From Octopus sinensis (Eukaryota): DNA of 64,000 bases. The notes below the pieces were generated by a model, which saw only the letters and a program-made list of their open reading frames with translations, made no database searches and was not told the DNA's origin. Made by a program: the position numbers and the translations under genes. Shown piece after piece: positions 1 to 10,153 of the stretch; within the stretch, counting starts at the first letter, position 1, and each line of letters starts with the position of its first letter. The stretch spans positions 68,200,001 to 68,264,000 of the forward strand of contig NC_043006.1 in assembly GCF_006345805.1 (NCBI RefSeq), read 5' to 3'.

Positions 1-308
1 AATCACCATTCTCCAAGTGCCCTGAAGATATGGCTACCAGGGCCCTCTTGTTTTGAGGCCTTTCTTAGGGTTTGTTATTTCTAATCCAGAGGGACCTGCT
101 TGTGCAAATCTAGTTAAAAAATGTTGGCCTGTGTGGTACTCTTGCTGTAGCCATTGCTGCAGTTGTCTCTGGCTATCACAATGAATATGTAATGATGGGG
201 GGGTATTGCTGTTCAACAGAATCAAGAAGGTGTGGGTAAATGCCATTGCCTGTCGTTATCATACTGGTGTCATTATCAGCTTTAAACACTAATTCACTGA
301 GTAATAAT

Positions 309-520
309 TCTTTCTACTATAGGCACAAGGCCTGAAATTTTGGGAGAGGTGGCTAGCCATTTACACTGACCCCAGTGCTCAACCGGTACATATTTTATTG
401 ACCATGAAAGGATTAAGGGCAAAGTCGACCTCAGCAGAATTTAAACTTAGAATGGGAAGACAAACAAAATACTGCTAAGAATTTCACCTGGCATGCTAGT
501 GATTCTGCCAGCTTGCCGCC
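309..520 (-). mobile_element. tRNA-derived SINE (family B, GGCGGCGAGCTGGCAGAA head) with 16-bp TSD
   Basis: TSD TTCACTGAGTAATAAT at 293-308 and 521-536; A/B-box-like head. Confidence 0.8.
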
Positions 521-790
521 TTCACTGAGTAATAATAGTTACCCCTATATAACCAGCAAATGAGAAATATGGCTACCAGGGCCCTCTTGTTTTGAGGTCT
601 TTCTTAGGTTTGTTATTTCTAATCCAGAGGAACCTGCTTGTGCAAATCTAGTTAAAAAATGTTTTCTCAGGAAAAATACAAACAATGTAATAAGATTTGA
701 ATTAATTTACATTAGTTAATTTGTAAATTATATGGATACAGTATGAACTCTGTAAATATCTGAAACATGTCAAGCTGATGAGAATTCCAT

Positions 791-980
791 ACGTGTTGCT
801 GTGTGGTAAGAAGTTTGCTTGCCAACCACATGTTTCCAGGTTCACTCCCACTGCATGACACCTTGGGCTAATGTCTTCTACTACAGCCTCAAGCTGACCA
901 AAGCCTTGTGAGTGGATTTGTAAGATAGAAACTTAAAGAAGACCGTTGTATACACATACATACATACATACATACATACA

Positions 981-1010
<30 letters not shown>
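791..1010 (+). mobile_element. SINE family A 5' half followed by (TACA)n microsatellite
   Basis: Matches other copies in the window (GCTGTGTGGTAAG...AAAGCCTTGTGAGTGGATTTG). Confidence 0.75.
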
Positions 1011-1012
<2 letters not shown>

Positions 1013-1197
1013 AAGTTAATCCAAACAAGAAAGCACAAAAAACACAACGCGAGGACGTGGAACAAATATAGTATTATTGGACGCTCAGGAAAGAAAGAGG
1101 GTGTAACGTTTCGAGTGGAGCTCTTCGTCGGAAACATAGGAGAAGGAAAGATCCAGAGAAGGGAAGACAGAGGAAAAAAAATCGCCAACGGTACACA
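1011..1197 (-). mobile_element. Young CpG-rich insertion with a variant hammerhead-like motif (Penelope-like pLTR fragment)
   Basis: Minus strand reads CCGACGA-a-GAG-ctcca-CTC-GAAACGT; abuts a (TACA)n tract; many intact CpGs. Confidence 0.4.
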
Positions 1198-1276
1198 TTT
1201 TGAAAATATATATATATATATAATATTAAGTATGTTTTAAAATGTATGGGCTATTTACAGAGTGCTCATAGAGAAA

Positions 1277-1602
1277 CTGGCATTCCATTGGTTATGATGA
1301 TGAGGGTTCCAATTGATCTGATCAATGGAACAGCCTGCTTGTGAAATTAACATGCAAATGGCCAAGCACTGTACAAACACGTGTACCCTCAACATAGTTC
1401 TCAAGGAGAATCAGTGTGACACAGCGTGTGATAAGGCTGGCCCTTCAAAAAACAGGTACTGCTCATTTTTGCTGGCTGTATGGACTGGAGCAATGTGAAA
1501 TAAAGTGTTTTGCTCAAGGACACAATGCATCACCAAGAATTGAACTCATGATCATATAATCATGAGCTGAATACCCTAACCACTAAGTCATATGCCTTCA
1601 CA
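1277..1602 (-). mobile_element. tRNA-derived SINE (family C)
   Basis: Shares GGACTGGAGCAATGTGAAATAAAGTG core and tRNA-like head with copies at 3484, 8670, 13535, 33500 and 59270. Confidence 0.75.
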
Positions 1603-2073
1603 AAGAGGGCTATAAAGCAGCTGGAAACATGCTAGATACCTAGTCTTGTTTTCACTCATCTCAGAACTATAAGTCTGTTAAAAAGACAAACTCAAGGAAA
1701 ATGTACCTGCTCACTGTCTAGCAATTTATGTAGATGCTGCAGCCTCAGTGCACATCTACAAACCTATAGCCATGGCATACTGAGTCTTCTATACTGAGGG
1801 TGCTGGCAGTGTGTGGATTGCCTGATTATAGGAAGGGTGTTGGTAGCAGAGACTGTTGTATCACGAATTGTTATAATGATACTTTTTTACATTATAACTG
1901 TGTAGTAACAATAAATATATAATGAAGCAGGATAACAACAATGTAACAATCCAATAATTTCCCTGTGAACTATACACGAACCAGCAAATATTGGGTTCAA
2001 ATTTTGGCACAAGGCCAACAATTTTGGGGGGAGGGACAAGTTGATTGCATTGACCCCAGTATTCAATAGATAC

Positions 2074-2305
2074 TTATTTCTTTATTACCCACAAGGGGCT
2101 AAACACAGAGGGGACAAACAAGGACAGACATAGGTATTAAGTCGATTACATCGACCCCAGTGCGTAACTGGTACTTAATTTATCGACCCCGAAAGGATGA
2201 AAGGCAAAGTCGATCTTGGCGGAATTTGAACTCACAACGTAACGCAGACGAAATACCACTAAGCATTTCGCCCGGCGTGCTAACGTTTCTGCCAGCTCGC
2301 CGCCT
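2074..2305 (-). mobile_element. Young near-full-length SINE B inserted into an older SINE B (about 1995-2470)
   Basis: 14-bp TSD TATTCAATAGATAC at 2060-2073 and 2306-2319; CpGs intact. Confidence 0.85.
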
Positions 2306-3289
2306 TATTCAATAGATACCTATTTTATAGATACCTTATTCAATAGATACCTATTTTAGTGACTCCAAAGAGATGAAAAGTAATATTTGAACTCAGAATG
2401 TAAAGTCAGAAGAAATGCGGCTAAGCAATTTTTACCGGTGCAGTAACGATTCTGCCAACTCACTACCTTAATAGATAAAATTATAACTAAATATGTATAT
2501 TACTACATGTGTGTATGTCTGTGTGAGTGTGAGTGACAGCTGTACTATAAAGAATTTATCAATATAATGTAGAAGAATTTCATGTTAAAACTTACCATAA
2601 TGTTGGATAATATGAAGTTTACGAAGACGATTTAAGATGAAAATATGGGAAATATTCCTGTCAGTATAGTTGCTGATGAGGGAAGTTGGTGCTCACTCAG
2701 ATTTGAAGTACCTTATGTGAGGTCAATCTGTATCTGCAATGCCTCCTGCTTGTCTCCCACAATATATACATGCACGCGCGTATGTGTGTGTGTGTGTTTT
2801 AACAAATTTATAACCCCTTCACCTCCCACCATCATTAGATATTCAAATGAAGTTAGTCATTTTGTCTATCTCATTTCTGACTCACCACCACCACCGCCAT
2901 TAGCAATTTCCTGCCTTTCTGTCTTATCTGTTAATGAAGCTCAAAGTCTATCTATCATACCCGAGATAATCGTCTTCTAATTAAATATTTGAACAATTAG
3001 TTATCAGTTCCTACAAAAGGTAGATTGTTAGTCAGATGACAACACAGTCTTTAGCATTGTCTCAGTTCTGAGTTCATACCCCACTGACATCAACAGTGTT
3101 TCTGTTTTCCCAGGGTTGATAATTTCCTGGGGCTTCCACATCACTATACACCTCCACTGCCTAACAAACATTGCCACATGATTAAACAATCTGTTAATCA
3201 TTATCAAACCCGTTTTGTATCTGTATGGATATATTTCTGGTGTCACATAAAAACACCCATTTCAATGCCACAAAAAAAAGCATCCATGT

Positions 3290-3460
3290 CAGTGTTACAT
3301 AATAAGCAACAAGTAAAGTAGTTGGTATTAGGAAGGGTATCAAACCATAGAAATGATGCAAAAACAATTGGAACCTGGTGCAGCTCTCTGGCTGGCCAGC
3401 TTCTCTCAAACGTTCAACCCATACCAGCAGGGAAAACGAACGTTAAATGATGATGATGAT
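3290..3460 (+). mobile_element. SINE family D 3' fragment ((GAT)n tail)
   Basis: TAGGAAGGG.ATCCA...AACGTTAAATGATGATG matches other copies. Confidence 0.7.
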
Positions 3461-3483
3461 ATGCATGTTTATATCCATATAGA

Positions 3484-3810
3484 TGTGAAGGGGAATAGCT
3501 CAGTGGTTAGAGCATCGTGAGATTGTGAGGTCGATTCCTGGACCAGGCTGTGTGTTGTGTTCTTGAGCAAGATACTTTATTTCATGTTGCTCCAGTTAAC
3601 TCAGCTGTAGAAATGAGTTGCGACATCACTGGTGCCAAGCTGTATCAACCTTTGCCTTTCCCTTGGATAACATCAGTGGTGTGGAGGGGGGAGGCTGGTA
3701 TGCATGGGAGACTGCTGGCCCTCTACAAACAACCTTGCACGAGGATGTGTGCCTTGGATGGTAACTTTCTAGGTGCAATCCCATGGTCATTCATGACTGA
3801 AGGGGGTCCC
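3484..3810 (+). mobile_element. SINE family C
   Basis: tRNA-like head TAGCTCAGTGGTTAG plus the shared core. Confidence 0.7.
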
Positions 3811-3949
3811 TAGATCTATGTAGATTTATGCGAATATCTTTGTATGGGGAACAATCTTACTTATAAACACACAATTATAACAGATTCTACACACTTCTAA
3901 CACAGATGTTTATTAAGTACATTGTATTTTTATACACACACATGATGTA

Positions 3950-4140
3950 GGCTAGTGCCTTGGATGCAAACAATCCTAAAACAGTCTTTTATGACAAGCT
4001 TACACCCACAAAGTGACATAAAAACTCTCTGAAGAGAAATCTGATGACGAGTCATGTGAATGAAGTAGTGCCTTCCTTCACAGATTTAGCAACTGATCAT
4101 GATAACTGGAGATCTCACTACATTAAGGGCATTACTTTAA
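3950..4140 (+). mobile_element. Decayed RTE-clade LINE 3' end
   Basis: Translates to PKTVFYDKL..*..SLKRNL...LATDHDNWRS..IKG, the typical RTE C-terminal pattern, with an in-frame stop. Confidence 0.5.
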
Positions 4141-4160
4141 AAAAAATGAATGCTCTCACT

Positions 4161-4367
4161 CTTTTACTCTTTCACTTGTTTCAGTCATTTGACTGTGGCC
4201 ATGCTGGAGCACCGCCTTTAGTTGAGCAAATCGACCCCAGGACTTCTTCTTTGTAAGCCTAGTACTTATTCTACCAGTCTCTTTTGCCGAACCGTTAAGT
4301 TATGGGGACGTAAACACACCAGCATCAGTTGTCAAGCGATGCTGGGGAAACAAACACAGACACACAA

Positions 4368-4416
<49 letters not shown>

Positions 4417-4590
4417 CACATATATATGACGGGCTTCTTTCAGTTTCCGTCTATCAAATCCACTCACAAGGCTTTGGTCGGCCCAAGGCTATAGTAGAAG
4501 ACACTTGCCCAAGTTGCCACATTGTGGGACTGAACCCGGAACCATGTGGTTGGTAAGCAAGCTATTTATCACACAGCCACTCCTACGCCT
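4161..4590 (-). mobile_element. Full-length SINE family A with internal (CA/TA)n
   Basis: Head, microsatellite and tail all match copies at 11650, 36385 and 56718. Confidence 0.85.
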
Positions 4591-4650
4591 GAATAGAAAA
4601 TAAGATAACATTTTATTTTTTCTTGGCCACTCTGTTGTCTGTACTTGTAC

Positions 4651-4683
<33 letters not shown>

Positions 4684-4711
4684 CACACATGCACACACAC
4701 ACATACATATA

Positions 4712-4875
4712 CCATCATCATCGTCATCATCATTTAATGTCCATTTTCCATGCTGGCATGGCTTGGATGGCTTAACAGGAGCTGGCAAGCCAAAGTGCTG
4801 CACCAGGTTCCAATTGTCTGTTTTGGCATAGTTTCTATTGCTCGATACCATTCCTAACACCAACCACTTTACAGT
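4712..4875 (-). mobile_element. SINE family D 3' fragment
   Basis: Begins with (CAT)n then TTTAATGTCC...CATGCTGGCATGG. Confidence 0.7.
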
Positions 4876-5097
4876 GTGTGTGTGTGTGTGTCTGTTAGTT
4901 TGTGTGTGTGTGTTGTAGTGAAAACACAATTGTGTTCTAGTTTTTATTTTTTGTATCAAGTTTTTTTCTCATATTTCCATTTGAGTTTCTTGTAGCTTGT
5001 TTGAAAGACTGAAGTTCTGGACCACATGGACATTTCTAGGCCTTCACAGTCCCATCTTCAAGATGAAGTGATGTTGCTGTCTCTTTATAGTTTGTAA

Positions 5098-5860
5098 TCA
5101 TCATCATCATCATCATCATCGTTTAATGTCCGCTTTCCATGCTAGCATGGGTTGGACGGTTCAACTGGGGTCTGGGAAGCCCAAAGGCTGCACCAGGCCA
5201 GTCAGATCTGGCAGTGTTTCTACAGCTGGATGCCCTTCCTAACGCCAACCACTCCGTGAGTGTAGTGGGTGCTTTTTATGTGCCACCGACACAGGTGCCA
5301 GACGAGGCTGGCGAACGGCCACGCTCAGATGGTGCTTTTTACGTGCCACCGGCACGGAGGCCAGGCGAGGCTGGCAACGGCCACGATCGGATGGTATTTG
5401 TTACGTGCCACCACCACGGAGGCCAGTCGATGCAGTGCTGGTTACAGCCACATTCAGATGGTTCTCTTATGTACCACAAACTACAAATTCCATTGATGTT
5501 GATCGATTTCGATTTTGATTTGATTTTTTGATTTTTACTTGCCTCAACAGGTCTTCACAAGTAGAGTTATGTGTCCCAAGAAGGAAGGTATACACAGGTG
5601 GACTGACTCCATCCCAGGTAGGGGCCATGGGTTATGGCCTCATTTGTCCTGCCGGGTCTTCTCACGCACAGCATACTTTCAAAGGTCTCGGTCTCTGGTC
5701 ATTTCCTCGGTGAGACCTAAAGAGCGATGGTCGTGCTTCACCACCTCGTCCCAGGTTTTCCTGGGTCTACCTCTTCCACAGGTTTCCTCAACCGCTAGGG
5801 TGTGGCACTTTTTCACACAACTATCTTCATCCATTCTTACCACGTGTCCATACCAGCGTG
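5098..5860 (-). mobile_element. SINE D joined to an RTE LINE 3' end
   Basis: (CAT)n tail and core at 5098-5500; 5535-5860 is the reverse complement of the RTE end (GRPRKTW...DL..LGLTEEMT.DRDLW). Confidence 0.8.
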
Positions 5861-6259
5861 GTAATGTCCATTGTAAAAAACTAAAACACTAAATTCTCAA
5901 AAATCTCTGAAATAAGATTTTTGAGAATCTTTCATACATGATGATACAGTGTTCCTGTTAGCATACCAAAGAGTAGGAATGTAATATGCTGGTGTGTTCC
6001 CAGTTTTTAAGGGCTCCACCTCTTGTTATTTTTTGGTGAAGGATTTTTGTAATCTCCAGTTGGTGAGTAAGGCCTGGCAGTAGGGTAGCTGGGGGAGGAC
6101 ATGGAAGGATTGTATGAAGGAGAAGGTCCACGCTAGGTGACACTTTTATTGGGGTGGCACATTTGGGTCTAAGGTATAAAACTGCATAAGGGACAGGTAG
6201 ACAGGGGCTGTAGACACAAGATCTGTCTTGGGACATACACACATTCTAGCTAAACCACT

Positions 6260-6460
6260 GAAGCCTGGGCTACTAGGAGACCATAGTTGTGAGCAGTAAT
6301 CCAACTGACATAGAATAAAGGATTTCCAGTGTCAACATCCTTGTCATGTCTTTCATAATAAATGTTTCAGTTTCCAGCCACTGAGCAGTTGACAGATTGT
6401 TGACAGACCATTAACATGTCTTGAATGATAAACATCTGCTAAGACAGGCCACAAACATAT
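6260..6460 (-). mobile_element. Decayed CR1-like LINE RT C-terminal fragment
   Basis: Frameshifted translation HVNGLSTICQLLSGW...MLTL/WKSFILCQLDYCSQLWSP matches the CR1-clade LDYCSQLWSP motif. Confidence 0.6.
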
Positions 6461-6489
6461 TCAGTTTATGAATTGTTTTCTGTTTAGAG

Positions 6490-6743
6490 CACTGTTTCTC
6501 AACTATATTTCACCTGTGAACCCCTTTGATTCCTGTTTTATGTGGGTGGACCCTCTTAACCATTCGATGTTTAAGAAAAATATCGTATTTTAATAATTAA
6601 ATATTATTAGGAACTATATAAAAAAAATTGCTAAAATATTTTGTGTATTGTAGAAGTATACCCAATGTTATTGTAGATATTTTTAACAATAAAATCTTAT
6701 ATGGTCCCCCAAGGATCATATGAAGTCCAGTTGAGAACCACTG
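6490..6743. mobile_element. hAT (Charlie-like) MITE
   Basis: TIRs CACTGTTTCTCAACT / AGTTGAGAACCACTG; degenerate 8-bp TSD GTTTAGAG / GTTTAAGG. Confidence 0.65.
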
Positions 6744-6767
6744 GTTTAAGGCAAAACAGACCCATTA

Positions 6768-6828
6768 TTACCATATCGGACCCGATTTCAGAGTTAGTTC
6801 ATAGGAACCTTCCCTTCATCAGTGATAA
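6768..6828 (-). ncRNA. Type I hammerhead ribozyme (predicted), minus-strand mirror copy
   Basis: Reverse complement of the left arm gives the same fold; helix II is AGGG/CTCT with one G-U pair; predicted cut after 6774. Confidence 0.72.
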
Positions 6829-6876
6829 ATGCGGCAAAGGGTATAGGTAAGTATTTCACTTATTTCTTTGCCACAT

Positions 6877-6937
6877 TTATCACTGATGAAGGGAAGGTTC
6901 CTATGAACTAACCCTGAAATCGGGTCCGATATGGTAA
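6877..6937 (+). ncRNA. Type I hammerhead ribozyme (predicted), plus-strand copy
   Basis: Helix I TTATCA(6877-82)/TGGTAA(6932-37); core CTGATGA 6883-89; helix II AGGG/CCCT with inner GTTC-CTAT-GAAC; GAAA 6916-19; helix III ATCG-GGTC-CGAT; NUH triplet ATA, predicted cut after 6931. Confidence 0.75.
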
Positions 6938-7097
6938 TAACGGGATTTTTCAGAAATTTCTGTCGGCTTTCTTCGAGACGCGTGCTTGTAGTGATAAATT
7001 ACATGGTTATTGACGTTGTGTCTATTTTCGGCATATTTTGGCATTAGAAATTTTTTCTTTTGCCCTTACTTATAAATTATATATATATATATAATAT

Positions 7098-7155
<58 letters not shown>

Positions 7156-7687
7156 ATATACACACATACATACAGTATAATATAACCTGTTGACACATTT
7201 ATATATTACATTTATTCTAAAATACAAATATGTCATACATTTTGTACTCTATGTCACACCCTAGTTGTCCTTACTATGTCCCCTCTACATCTAACTATAA
7301 TCTTCTTTTGCAGTGCAACATTATCAAGAATGTTATACTACCTACACACTTTATCAACAGGCATGGCTGTGTGGTAAGAAGTTCCAGGTTCAGTCCAACT
7401 GTATGGTACCTTGGCACGTGTCAGCTACTATAGCTCCTGGCTGACTAAAACCTTGTGAGTGGATCTGGTACACAGAAACTTGATGAAAGTCAGTCGTGTG
7501 TGTGTGTGTGTAAAATTAATCAAAGGACCTATTAAGTATGTCTACCTGCTGGAAATAACAGTCAAAACTTTTATTTAAATCTTATTTAAATGATAGAGAC
7601 TCACAACCTATCATCTTGAAGTCTGCACTACAACTGATTTGTTTTGCACCAAAATCATGGCAGCCACCAGTGTGAAAATAATCTCGA

Positions 7688-8065
7688 TACAGGGGCAAAC
7701 AATTTGCAAAAACGTGAGCTGAAGAACTATTTTTAGCTAAGGGTATTTTTGCCAGTGAAGAAACCGGTCCATGTGAGTTCAAATACTTAAATGTACATTG
7801 GGAGATTGTCTTAATCTGATTTGCCCTGAGTGTATTTTGGAGATTTAAATAAAAGTTTTAACTGTTATTTCCAGCAGGCAGGTATACTTAGTATGTCCTT
7901 TGATTACTTTTAATTCTTCAGCTATCTGATGCTTTTTTAGGGCCTGCAATTGCATATTATTTATTCTGTTATCATTTAAAAAAATACTTACATTGGATAA
8001 TAACAAAATTAATATCTTTGCAAATTAAGTTTTCGTGAATTATTTTTCTTGTGAATTGTTTGCCC

Positions 8066-8070
<5 letters not shown>
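7688..8070. mobile_element. TA-flanked Tc1/mariner-type MITE
   Basis: Perfect 17-bp terminal inverted repeat including TA (TACAGGGGCAAACAATT); partial copies at 7516-7590 (inverted) and 40490-40730. Confidence 0.65.
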
Positions 8071-8108
<38 letters not shown>

Positions 8109-9852
8109 CCCCAGTACACAACTGGTACTTAATTTATCGACCCCGAAAGGATGAAAGGCAAAGTCAACTTCGGTGAAATTTGAACTCAGAATGTAATGAC
8201 AGACGAAATACTGCTAAGCATTTTGCCTGGCATGCTAACATTTCTGCCAGCTCACTCTCTCTCTCTCTATATATATATTGTATGTATCTATGTGTGTGTG
8301 TGTGTTTGTCTCCCATGGCAATTGGATAACCAGTGTTGGTTTGTTTATATTTATGCACCTGTAATTTATTGGTCCAGAAGGAGAATGATAAAAAAAATGT
8401 ACTGGGGTCAATTTGCTTGACTTGACCCTTCAAGGTTGTGCCCCAGCGCAGTTTCGGTATATATCTTTATAATGTAAGTTTTATGTACTAGATATAAAAC
8501 CTATTAATTGCTATGTAAAATATATATCAAGTAACAGTTCCAAATAAAATTCTCAAACTTTAAACTTTGACATTATGATAGTCTAGATATGGGTCAGTGA
8601 ATGACATAACAAGTAGAATCACAAAATGTTTGGTGCTATTTGGTTACATCCCTTCATATTTAAAACCCAATGAAGGTATGTGGCTTAGTGACTTGGGTGT
8701 TAGCTCACAATCCTAAGGTCTTGAGTTTGATTCCTGCCAACGCATTGTATCCTTGATCAAGACCCTTTATTTCTTGTTGCTTCAATTAATTCAGCTGGCA
8801 AAAACGAGTAGTACCTGTATTTCAAAGGGCTACCCTAGTTACATTCTGTATCATACTGAATCTCCCTGAGGTCTATGTTAAGGGTACACACGTCTGTAGA
8901 GATTGCTCGGCCACTTTCACATTAATTTCATGAGCAAGCTGTTCTGTTGATTGAATTAACTGAAACTCTCATCATCATAACTGATGGAATGCCAGTATTT
9001 ATAACCCAGACGTGTCAACTTGATCTTTCATCTTGCCTCCATCAACAAAAGATTTAAGATTAATAAAAGATTTCTTTTACCCAAAGATTTAAGTGCTGGA
9101 CTTAATTTAACTGCACCCACCCATCTCACAAAATGTTTGACTTGTGTTGATATTAAAAATCATGAAAATATTCTGGCTGCTTCCTGTGGAAACGGTATGC
9201 TGCCAACTTAAATAGAATCTAATCCAGTGCCCAATGAAGTCAGTTCAGTTTTAACAGTTGAAGATGTTGTATAGATCCAGGTCAGTCCTGAACCAGCAGA
9301 TGTATAATTTAAATGCTTTCTAACTGTGACTATCTCATGTTATTTTTTTTTCCAGCATAATGTATTTAAGAATACATTATCCTATGTCCTACACCTTTTT
9401 TTTCAGACAGTAGATTGTGATTTGGGGGAAATTTGGCTGGCATTTTTATCAGGTCAAATAACTATTTAGAGGCGTCCCGGTTTTTATTGTTGCTGTTTAG
9501 CCCTGGACCAGCTTTGATCCAGCAGACCTAAGCTATATTTTCTTCAGAAAATGCATCTACAACTTCTAAGATGGTTGGAGTGATTTTAAGCAAATTTGGC
9601 TGTTATTTCTAAAAAACTGAAGTGAGCACACAGGAACCCTTACATTGGAATTTAGTAGTTTCATGATGTGCAGGTAGACTGTCCTAATATTTGAAGGTTA
9701 ATGTAGTTGTTTTTATTTTTTATTTTTTATAAAATGTTCATCAGTGTACAACTTTCAAAGCTTGTTAGACCAGGAATATAAAGTACTCCAGATTAGACCA
9801 GTCTTACAATCTTATCACATCGCATTGTAAATATAAGATTAGAAATGTGTTC

Positions 9853-9908
<56 letters not shown>

Positions 9909-9932
9909 CATACATATATATAGACACATATA

Positions 9933-10153
9933 TACAAGGGAGTGCTGGAAAGTACTTGGCTTTAAGGGTATTGCAAAAGGCCTTGTTGGAGGCTCAACCT
10001 TCTGAGTTCTTTTACAGGGCTTAGAAAAACTGAAGGACTGCTGCAATAAGTGTATGAATCTGAGAGGAGAATATGTTGAATAAAATCATAATTAACTGTT
10101 CTGCTTGTATTTACTTTTATTCAAAGTTAGGAACTTTTCAGCAGCCCCTCATA
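9933..10153. mobile_element. mariner-type MITE
   Basis: TA-flanked imperfect TIRs (CAAGGGAGTGCTGGAAAGT / ACTTTTCAGCAGCCCCTC); same family as 59550-59772 in opposite orientation. Confidence 0.7.

Larger units (their letters stand above)
6761..7078. mobile_element. Penelope-like / retrozyme-like non-autonomous insertion with inverted pseudo-LTR
   Basis: 79-bp inverted arms (6761-6839, 6866-6944) carrying hammerheads, then a CpG-retaining unique tail ending in a (TA)n tract. Class assignment is inferred from the established association of hammerheads with Penelope-like elements. Confidence 0.55.

Noticed and set aside
2673-2710. Other CTGATGA motifs (also about 766, 4041, 29135, 42860)
   Set aside because: No helix II followed by GAAA and no helix I/III pairing.
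3484-3550. tRNA genes (also 13535, 33500, 58965)
   Set aside because: Only A/B-box-like heads that run into SINE cores; no complete cloverleaf.
5139-5531. Recurring ORFs such as LDALPNANHS..., CPRCHTVGLNPEPCG and MNSE...
   Set aside because: Translations of SINE copies; the same peptides recur wherever the repeat occurs.
5893-5928. Short AT-rich palindromes (also about 10709-10731 and 11217-11242)
   Set aside because: 10-14-bp arms are plausible by chance in AT-rich, repeat-laden DNA.
6007-6132. RNA Pol II CTD-like peptide (SPSYNPS...YSPT) on the minus strand
   Set aside because: Only 41 codons, bounded by stops, with no good acceptor, and next to a decayed CR1-like fragment; most likely chance.
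7516-7910. ~67-bp inverted repeat as a single foldback element
   Set aside because: Explained by two copies of the same MITE family in opposite orientation; the true TIRs are at 7688 and 8070.
9010-9300. Possible plus-strand exon (…ENILAASCGN|GTATGC)
   Set aside because: Weak acceptor, no recognisable homology and no partner exons.
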